Below the pieces are notes generated by a model that had not been told where the DNA came from, did not search any database, and saw only the letters and a list, made by a program, of their open reading frames with translations. A DNA stretch of 64,000 nucleotides, taken from NCBI RefSeq assembly GCF_030028105.1, contig NC_092395.1, positions 43,242,459-43,306,458 on the forward strand, written 5' to 3'. Within the stretch, counting starts at the first letter, position 1, and each line of letters starts with the position of its first letter. Positions 25,470-33,749 of this stretch are shown here, piece after piece. The DNA comes from Mobula birostris. Lineage: Eukaryota. The translations under genes and the position numbers were made by a program.

Positions 25470-25792
25470 TTAACAGCTGGATTGTGTGACTGTTGCGGAT
25501 ATTGTCGAGGCTGCTCCTTGTTGAACTGAGCAGGAGTAGCTCTTCCCACTGCTCCAGTCTGCGCCGGGCACCGTCGGGTAGCTGCTGAGACTGAAGGTTT
25601 TGTCCGCGTTCTGAGTCACCCTGCTGGTTTGCACCTCACTGCTCGTCGGACTGTCGTTCACTGTCCAGCTGACGACAGGGAAGCCCATCGACAATTTACT
25701 GACCAGGCAAACTAAGGTGCCCGATCCTTTAGCGGAGATATTCTCGGCTGATGGCCCAAGCAGTTTCACTGAAGGGTCCGGGAGCTGCTGAG
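25470..25792 (-). CDS. Immunoglobulin light chain C exon (sigma-type)
   Basis: Acceptor TGTTCCAG, then (A)QQLPDPSVKLLGPS...TLVCLVSKLSMGFPVVSWTVN...FSLSSYPTV...YSCSVQQG...TQSSC-stop. It has the C1-set Cys/Trp/Cys residues and the terminal inter-chain Cys. Confidence 0.95.
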
Positions 25793-26675
25793 CTGGAACA
25801 TAAACGAGAGAAAACGTGTTTCAAGTCGCGCCATAACTCTCGTCATTTCACAGTTTGGCAGAATCGCGAGTAGAAGGTTTCAGCTTCATTGAGAGGGGTC
25901 CAGAAATTCGCCGAGAGACAGTGCAGTGCCCATGGAGGACAGTACTTCTTGGTCAACCCGGAAAACTAGAAATCAACTCCAACCGGTGAGGTCGGTTGGC
26001 GAGGAGTCATTCATGGAATCGAGAGACACACTGGCATCAAAGCGCTCCCACCCCCAGAGAAGTTTAAAGTGTCCACTTTCTGGGCCATCAGTGACATGTT
26101 CCTCCTCTTGCCTCCGCCGCACTCACCCATCACTAAAGATCCCGCTGCTGTTGGGAGGTTAAACATCTCACAATCTGCTCTGCCCCAGTGGGCGAGGGCT
26201 CCGATTGCGGGGTCCTGAGCTCCATGTAGCGGGGCGGGGTAGGTCGCTCTCTGATCTGTGATGTCGAGTGATTCGGCTCCCACTCTCCGTGAGGGACGGG
26301 AGGTTGGATTCTCCCCAGAATCGGAGCTCTGGGTTCAGTCGGTGTAGAGACGGGGATCGCCGAACAGTGGTTCCCGGAATGGAGTATCGCTCAAGGGAAT
26401 AGGTGGCAGGAGAGAGGAGGCAAGGACTGGGCAGTGGGAGAGGGTCTGTTATCCGATGGTGAAGGACGAGAGTTCCACCTTCACTGGAAGTCCAGTGAAA
26501 GTCCAAGAGTTGTTTCTTTGGGGAGTTCTAAATAATAAATTGAAACGTGTCATTCTACTGTGTTGACAACCACAGTGGAATGTCCTGACCCCACTGACAC
26601 CTCACATCCCACTGTGTCCCTTCACTGGATCCCTTCACGTTCCTTCCTGTGAAACCACCATAAAAACTGACAAAC

Positions 26676-26867
26676 AACAGGAATTCTGCAGATGCTGGAA
26701 ATTCAAGCAACACACATCAAATTTGCTGGTGAACGCAGCAAGCCAGGCAGCATCTCTAGAAAGAGGTACAGTCGACGTCAGGGTCTCGGCCTGAAACGTC
26801 GACTGTACCTCTTCCTAGAGATGCTGCCTGGCCTGCTGCGTTCACCAGCAACTTTGATGCGTGTTGC
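26676..26867 (+). mobile_element. Fold-back PLE-derived element in J-C intron, 15-bp TSD
   Basis: TSD TAAAAACTGACAAAC at 26661-26675 and 26868-26882. Inverted arms of 73 bp at 26706-26778 and 26796-26868. Retains GAAACGTCGACTG. Confidence 0.9.
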
Positions 26868-27160
26868 TAAAAACTGACAAACTAACACGACAGCAGAAAT
26901 AACACCAATGAACAGAAAGTGTTAAATCATGGTTCGTCCGAAAACACACCGAAAAGAGAAATGTTTCATTAAAAGACGAAAACAATTCACCAAACACAAC
27001 TCCATCGAGTAAAATTGATGCTGGACACGAACGCGATTAGACTGTAAGTCAACATTTCCACTGTAAAGTTAGCTAGGATATTATAATGTAGAAGTTATGC
27101 ATTGCTGGGTGATCGTATTTATCCGGTGGTCATCGCAGGAGGTATTTATCGGACACTTAC

Positions 27161-27197
27161 CTGTAACAAAGAGCTTGGCCCCCGGGCCGAACACCCA
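27161..27197 (-). CDS. IgL J segment
   Basis: WVFGPGAKLFVT plus G, with an FGxG motif, followed by donor GTAAGT. It splices in phase 1 to C, giving ...FVT-A-QQLPDPSV. Confidence 0.95.
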
Positions 27198-27236
27198 CAC
27201 AGTGTGGGATTCCGGGCATCAGCAATTACCCAGGAC
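27198..27236 (-). promoter_or_regulatory. 23-bp-spacer RSS of J with degenerate nonamer
   Basis: The perfect heptamer (plus-strand CACAGTG 27198-27204) abuts J. After 23 nt the nonamer position reads ACCCAGGAC, 4/9 matches to ACAAAAACC. Confidence 0.75.
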
Positions 27237-27547
27237 ACTGCAATCAGGCAGAAAACACGGTCAGACGTTCCCGTTTCAGCATGAAACCAGACTTCACACA
27301 TTCCGACTGTCCCGGTCTGTGAGGGACTGGAGGGGGTGAACTCACAGCCGTATCGCCAGACTGACATTAAACGACATCAAACACTCGACAGTGGGTGACG
27401 GGATTCGGAAACATTCCAAATATGGCAAGAATGGCATTGCAAAAATAGCGTATAATGGGTAAAATTAAAGTAACCTTATGAAGAGTGAATGATGAGAGTG
27501 TTTTCATCCGTTGCAAAGATGTGAAGTGTATCATGTTTGCTGACCCC

Positions 27548-27575
27548 AGTTTTTGTTTTACCCTCTCTCACTGTG
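27548..27575 (-). promoter_or_regulatory. 12-bp-spacer recombination signal sequence of V
   Basis: CACAGTG (27575-27569), 12-nt spacer AGAGAGGGTAAA, nonamer ACAAAAACT (27556-27548). Confidence 0.97.
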
Positions 27576-27902
27576 ACAAGTAGCCACTGCCCGCTGAAAA
27601 CCACTTTCTGCAGTAATAGACGGCAGCGTCATTCATCTCCACGTTTTTTATGATCAACTGGTAAACGGTGCCGGCGCTGTTGGCTGCCGACGTGAAACGG
27701 TCGCTGCTAAACCCAGGCCCGTAGCTTGGACTACTCCAGGAATGATAGTAGTATAGGATCCACTGTGGACCTGTTCCCGGTATCTGTTTGTACCAGCCAA
27801 CACCATAGCTATCCTTTGTTCCGATGTCACAATTCAGCGTGGCCGTGGCTCCCGGTCTCACAGACACGGTCGGAGTCTGAGTCAGAGTTTGGGACTCTCC
27901 AG
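27576..27902 (-). CDS. Immunoglobulin light chain V segment, sigma isotype
   Basis: Open V-set exon GESQTLTQTPTVSVRPGATATLNC...GVGWYKQ...YYYHSWSSPSYGPGFSSDRFTS...DAAVYYCRKW. The canonical C, W and YYC residues are present. The long CDR2 YHSWSSPxYGxGFSS and a 12-RSS are typical of sigma V. Confidence 0.95.
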
Positions 27903-28003
27903 CTGTGAAAGACAGGAATTCAAATTTAACATCGACTTTTCAATCTGACCCTAAGACCCACCTTAGCAATCGTTAGCGGTGCAGACTTGCTGCCTGTACT
28001 TAC

Positions 28004-28057
28004 AGCCCAGCCACATTAACCCAGTTATAGAGCCAATCACACCGGAGAGGATTCCAT
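28004..28057 (-). CDS. IgL sigma leader exon (frameshifted as assembled)
   Basis: ATG at 28057-28055 and donor GTAAGT at 28003. The exon is 54 nt but phase 1 needs 3n+1. The spliced frame reads ...GILSGVIGSITGLMWLG (signal-peptide-like), whereas the ATG frame stops after MESSPV. The 101-nt intron ends at a TTTCACAG acceptor. Confidence 0.8.
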
Positions 28058-28088
28058 GCAAATAAGGGTGACTGACACTGACCAATCA
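28056..28088 (-). promoter_or_regulatory. V promoter: octamer ATTTGCAT plus CCAAT box
   Basis: Exact octamer at 28063-28056 overlapping the ATG, and ACCAATCA at 28081-28088. Confidence 0.75.
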
Positions 28089-28194
28089 GAGCGGGAATCT
28101 GAAACCCTCCCATTCGCCGCTGCACGTCGCCGGGTTAATGCAACGACACCAGCAGCAACTGACTGATCTGTTCAAAACAACTCGCGAATGAAAA

Positions 28195-28428
28195 CAAGAG
28201 GAATTCTGCAGATGCTGGAAATTCAAGCAACACACATCAAAGTTGCTGGTGAACGCAGCAGGCCAGGCAGCATCTCTAGGAAGAGGTACAGTCGACGTTT
28301 CAGGCCGAGACTCTTCGAAGGGTCTCGACGAAGTGTCCTGACGAAGGGTCTCGGCCTGAAACATCGACTATACCTCTTCCTAGAGATGCTGCCTGGCCTG
28401 CTGCATTCACCAGCAACTTTGACGTGTG
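28195..28428 (+). mobile_element. Fold-back PLE-derived element in V promoter region, ~13-bp TSD
   Basis: TSD TCGC(G/A)AATGAAAA at 28182-28194 and 28429-28441. Inverted arms of 91 bp at 28227-28317 and 28342-28432. Confidence 0.88.
28335..28368 (+). ncRNA. Minimal type I hammerhead ribozyme motif (PLE-type)
   Basis: GTC-CTGACGA-AGG-gtctcgg-CCT-GAAAC-ATC-GAC. The CUGANGA and GAAA cores are intact, stem II has 3 bp and stem I is GUC/GAC. Helix III ACAU deviates from the ACGU palindrome seen in sibling copies. Confidence 0.7.
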
Positions 28429-28644
28429 TCGCAAATGAAAAGGTCGTTCATTGTCGGACATTTTCCACTTCTGCCTTCATTTCCCTGATTCCTTCCTTTG
28501 GTCCAGAGATGTCCGTCACACCTCCAGTGACAACAGGGACAAGGACAACAGGACAGTGCAGACTTCCTGTTCCCACAACAGTCTTTCAGCCATGGAGTTC
28601 AAACCCACTCTGACAGTTTGAGGTTCGAAATGTGGGGATTTAGA

Positions 28645-28975
28645 TCAGAATCAGAATCAGGTTTATTATCACCGGCATGTGACCTGAAATTTGTTAACTT
28701 AGCAGCAGCAGCGCAATGCAATACATAATCTAGCAGAGAGAAAAACTAAAATTATAATAAACAAGTAAATCAATTACGTATGTTGAATACATTAAAACAC
28801 GTGCAAAAACAAAAATATTATATGTTAAAAAAGTGAGGTAGTGTCCAAAGATTCAATGTCCATTTAGGAATCGGATGGCAGAGGGGAAGAAACTGGTCCT
28901 GAATCGCTGAGTGTGAGCCTTCAGGCCTCTGTACCTCCTACCTGATGGTAACAGTGAGAAAAGTCCATTTACCGG
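28645..28975 (-). mobile_element. Rex1-like LINE 3' fragment
   Basis: LLPSGRRYRGLKAHTQRFRTSFFPSAIRFLN and a (GATTCT)n tail. A similar split fragment lies at about 14050-14915. Confidence 0.75.
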
Positions 28976-29109
28976 AAAGTATTTACCATGAATGTAAAAA
29001 TTAAAAGCAATTAAACGTGTATTCTTGTAAATATTTTTTTCATTATGAATAAAGTTTATGTTAATATAAAACAAACCTGTACCGCCACAGTATAGCGTTC
29101 TCCCGCTAC

Positions 29110-29111
<2 letters not shown>

Positions 29112-29140
<29 letters not shown>
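29112..29140. repeat. (GA)n microsatellite
   Basis: Direct reading of the sequence. Confidence 0.95.
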
Positions 29141-29143
<3 letters not shown>

Positions 29144-29582
29144 CCGGAATGGGTGAGGAATCTCCTCATTTATTGTTGGAGTGTTTCACTGAGGGGTCGG
29201 GACGTGGGGGCGGGGGAGCACATGAGCAGCAAAAGCCCTATTGGTTTGAGGAACGTAATTAACGGAACTGGCAATACCGGCTATTAAACAAATTGCTTTG
29301 CAGTTATTTTTGTAAATACTTTTTTCAATATTAATAAAGTTTATTTCGATATAAAATGACCTATATGACTGAATGTGCCACTATGGCCCAATTGACTTCA
29401 ATAGAAACTGTGCCGAAATAAAAATCAATAAATTAACGCTAGACCAGGAGGGCCATTAACTGCAACTGTCTAACTAAAGGTAATATCGATACATCGGCTT
29501 GGCCGCAGTAACTTAATACTAAATAAATACCGCTTCTGAGCAGCGTCAGGCTACTCGGTTATCTTTTTTTCCCGGAACCTGA

Positions 29583-30436
29583 TGTGACGAGAATACACAT
29601 AAATTAAGATGTTTGCTGGCCTGGGTTAGCATCAGTGGCATCAGCAGTTGTTCTGCCACCTGTCCTCAGGGGAAGGAGAGATAAGGAACAATGAAGCAGC
29701 ATCTGGAGATGTGTAATGAAGGGACGGGAGAGAGAGCTGTCTGGAGCGGCTCCCCCTTTGAACCCTGAACTGTTTGAAGTGATGGACAGGCGATACCCCA
29801 GCAGGGGGATAAAAAGGGACAGGTTCGCTAAGGCAGCGCACACACGACACCCGAGGTAACGAGACCCTGGAAGCGGTGCGCCTCTCACAAGTCGGTGGGA
29901 AGCCTTAAACGCACAGGGTGGAAAGGTACGATCAGCGGGAACCCGGTGTGTGTCCACCCTCGCTTGGGTGCCGGGTTCACTGCAGAGGATCGACAGCATC
30001 TGGAGGAGGGGTCACAGTCGGTGACCTCAGGTGACATCACAAAGGACCCGCCCGAAAGCTGCATATGAGCAATATCGCCGGTCTGTGAGTGGAAGCCGTT
30101 TTGAATGATCAGTCGTTCTCGTTTTCTCTCTCTCCCTCCCCCCACGTTGTCCATCGCCATGGCAACGATTACTGCGAACTGAACTAAATTGGATTGAACT
30201 TTGTGTCACTTTGAAATTGGTCATTTACCCCTAGACCACGATAGAGCTTGATTGATGCTGTTATCTTAATTCTGTGCACATGTGTGTTTATCATTGCTGA
30301 ACTGTTGCATTTATTATCCTTTCGATTACTGTGTTGCTTGTTTCTTTAATAAAACTTTCTTAGTTCTAGTAATCCAGACTCCAACTGAGTGATCCATTTC
30401 TGCTAGTTTGGCAACCGAGTTACGGAGTACGTAACA
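29583..30436 (+). mobile_element. Solo LTR (854 bp), same family as 6555-7376, TSD CTGA
   Basis: TGTGACGA...GTACGTAACA termini, CTGA at 29579-29582 and 30437-30440. Confidence 0.92.
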
Positions 30437-30834
30437 CTGAACATCTGTAAATTGGGGACTTGGTGTTGCTCTGCTGTTGGTCAAGTGTCGGAAGACTGGA
30501 ACGAGAGGAAGGGAGTAAAACACCACAAGGAAACACGAATTAGCTGGAACCTGCAATTTCGTTAGCATGATTGCCGAACCTGGTCCGGAGCCCGCCTGCG
30601 AGAACGCGCAGACCCCACCCCGCGGCAGAGTCCGTGGTTGTGACACTATGCGACAGAGAGGCCACAAGCACAACCTCCCAGAACGTGCCGTCCTCCATCA
30701 CGTGTGTGTAAGACAGCTGCAAGCGGGAGAGGCAGGACCATGCAATGACGCTGGAGGAGCTGACTGACTCCATCCATTCTTTCAAATCGAACATAATTCC
30801 CAGAACTGATGGGGCCTTCTCAAGTTAAATCAAA

Positions 30835-31592
30835 AGGAATCAAGTTTAATTACCAGTCAAACCATACACGGAGACAGTCCAACGAGACAGCGTTCATCTG
30901 GGGCCAAGGTGCATAGTATACAGTACATTCAAATTAGCGAGAGAGAGAGACACACACACACATCCTTACGTAAGAAAACACACGTACAGTCCATTGATGG
31001 TTTCCTCCCGGAAATACAGCCTGTCATTCCACCGATCGAACACTTGAGGGCAGCACCAACGGTAGCAGGCAGCTCTTAACAGAACACGGACTCCACGCTG
31101 CACCACCTTCAGCGTCGTCTCACCTGGACTGCAGCAGCATGCAAGCCCCCTGGCGGCCCTGTCCTTGCTACAACCGAGGCAAGGCTGCTGCCTCGTCGCC
31201 TGCAGCACTTTACATTCTCGATGGCCAACAGCGTCTTCGATCGTAGGAGAAAAGTTCCAGATAGTCACTCACGGTTACACTGCACGCTGGTTTCGCACAC
31301 CAACTCTGATGGCTTCAAGTAGCAGGCAACAACATAGTCTTGGCCCAGGTCAGCTCCTCGGAACATTCTCCAGCCCATCTGGCAGCTTCTCTTTCTCCCT
31401 TTTGAGCGTAGGCTCCTTTGACACCCTGGCCTGCGGGTCCTAACAATGAACTAATAAGGTAGACTGGCGGCAGCCATAGTTGTTGGAGAGCAGTATAGTT
31501 TAACGATCAGTAAAACAACACACATTTTAAAAAGAAAAGTGCACCTTTGGTTGGCTGCTGAGTTCGAACGTGTTGCCATCTTACCGGAAGTC
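30835..31592 (-). mobile_element. Non-autonomous LINE-like element with GC-rich head
   Basis: Head ACTTCCGGTAAGATGGC, tail AATTAAACTTGATTCC, no coding capacity. Confidence 0.5.
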
Positions 31593-32089
31593 ACAATGTT
31601 TGGAAATGCACAATTCCAAGCTTCCAGCTGCCGCATGTCAGACTCTATGAAGAAGGGCACCCAGAACACTACAGCCTAACTGCTAGAAGATTTTACTTTC
31701 AAACTCTTCACTTTTAAAGTATGCCCAGAGGCAAAATACCTCAGCAGCTGTAAAACTGAAATTAAAGTAGAGACACTCAAGAATTCTGATGGTATCCATT
31801 GGAGAGAGAAGCAGGATTTAAATATCTGACTTTCATCAGAGACAATAATATCTTGTTTTATATTTCATTGGTCAGTTGGGATTGTCAACTACCATATCAG
31901 ACTGACCATTTAAAATGTTGTAGTTCTGGTGGACATATCTGCGCAATGGGAACTGATTTTTAAACAGAGTATTCTGATGAGTGAATTCACAATATTTTGC
32001 AGTAAAGGCTGTTTTTTTCTGGGTGAGTCTTTTGAAGGATTGCTTCTTTTTCTTTCAGTCATTGCTCATTGATATATCTGGAAAGCCCC

Positions 32090-33290
32090 ATGCATTGGAG
32101 AATTGATTTTGCTGGCCATAAGGGAGATTCTAAGGACAGTTTTGCATACATCACCAGACCAAATGATTAAAGCGATGGCACTCAGTGACAAGTCTGTTTA
32201 AAGATGAATAGGTGAAATATCTGAGCATGTGGAAGGCACATTATACAATGGAACTTGTTCCCTTTTCTTGTTTGTGTGCTGTATAGGACCTTTGCCAAAG
32301 CCATCAGAAAGACAAGAGGATAAAATGTGTGACCTTGACAGACAATGGAGGGACCCTAGTGAAATGTTCCCTGTGCACGGATGGATTTACCCTCTTCCAC
32401 TCGGATGTGAAGTTGGTTCACAAATTGATTGGCATGGCTAAGCAGTCAAGCTGCCAACGCAAAATGCTCACAGAGCCAGTTGCCAAAGAGCGAGGCCATG
32501 CTGTATGGCAAGTGGCCCAACTGATCCAATGTGTCCTTCATCATTGGGTTGGCTTATGTGAGGGTGCTGGGGATCTCGTTCTGAGGGGCCAAAGGGTGCA
32601 ATAGGAATTGACTGGAGCAGATTGGGAGGGTAAAGCAGGACTGTGGGGAAGATGCTCCTATTATTAAGTGAGAAGAACTAGCCATCTGGTGTGAGGTGCT
32701 CTCAGGGCTGCTACACTTGCTGCAGATGTGGCTCATCCCCCCGCTCTGCTCCTCTAGTTTGGAAATGACCCAGATTGTCCTCCGGTTCATCTGGGAATCT
32801 AAGAAGGAGCAAATAAGACTGGTTACAATGCACAAGTCCTTGGACAACCAAGGCAAAAATGTTCAAAATATCCCCATGTGCTGTTGCTTCAGACTGTGCA
32901 TGGAGCCTAAGCCCATGGACCCCAAGTACCATTACTGAGGTTCTATCTGTCTTGGATGTTGAGACGGATTCGTCTGGCCTTATTGACATTGAATGTCATG
33001 TCCCAGTCAACTGAATGCTTGGCACAGCCACTTGTAAGTGCTTGGTGGGGAAGGACAACATGGAAGGTTCTTCTGCTACGGGACAGGGAGTGGCTGGGTT
33101 TGGTGACGAAGTTCCTGAGTTATTCCTGAGTGTAGCATCCATCAGAGACTATGTAAGAAACAACAGAGTTATTGGCTTTAAGGAATTTAAATGAACACTA
33201 CATAATGCTTAATTAAAGAATAAAAATGCATTGCACCATTTATTCTTGTAAATATTTTATTATAAATGAAGTTTATTTTGGAACAAAAAT
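32090..33290 (+). mobile_element. Tx1-clade LINE ORF2 remnant (a further piece at about 30740-30825)
   Basis: LRFIWESKKEQIRLVTMHKSLDNQGKNV...DPKYHY and MTLEELTDSIHSFKSN. The tail reads TTCTTGTAAATATTTT...AAGTTTATTTTGG. Confidence 0.7.
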
Positions 33291-33749
33291 GCTTTGGGTC
33301 CCATCTTCACTGACCATGCCCATCTCCACTCACAGACCATGTCCTTTGCAGTGGCCTGGCAGCATAGCCCATTGTTTAGGAGGCTTTTAATCATTCTCTT
33401 CACATGGTACCATGAGATGGGCAACAAATATCAGCTTTGCCAGTGACAGCCACATTCCAAGAATGTGGAATATCTGAGGTTGACCAGAGTCCCAGGATCT
33501 GGAACAATGCTCTTGGAGGAAAGTGAGCCCAGCTGACACTGTACCAGTGAGTTTATACATGCATTTATCATCTTTAAACAACCAGAAAATTAAATGTCTA
33601 TTGAGTAAGTCAGGTCAAAAGTCAGTCAGAATGTGTGTTGACAATGTCGGAACTCTAGTACGGAGGAAAGACAGAGTCCAAAGTCAAGATGACAACCAGG
33701 GTTTATTCTTAAGAATCCCAGCAGCAACATCGCGAGACATAACATTCTC

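Noticed and set aside
26571-26616. Inverted heptamer pair CACAGTG...CACTGTG, 32 bp apart, in the J-C intron (cryptic D segment, second J, or Transib/RAG-transposon footprint)
   Set aside because: No nonamer at 12 or 23 nt, no J-like FGxG or splice donor adjacent, and the 5-bp flanks (ACAAC/TCCCT) do not form a TSD.
27960-28063. Alternative reading as a canonical octamer plus TATA (CTATAA 28030-28025) promoter with a leader further downstream
   Set aside because: There is no ATG-bearing exon between about 28000 and the V acceptor. The CTATAA lies inside the hydrophobic leader-like frame that ends at a perfect GTAAGT donor.
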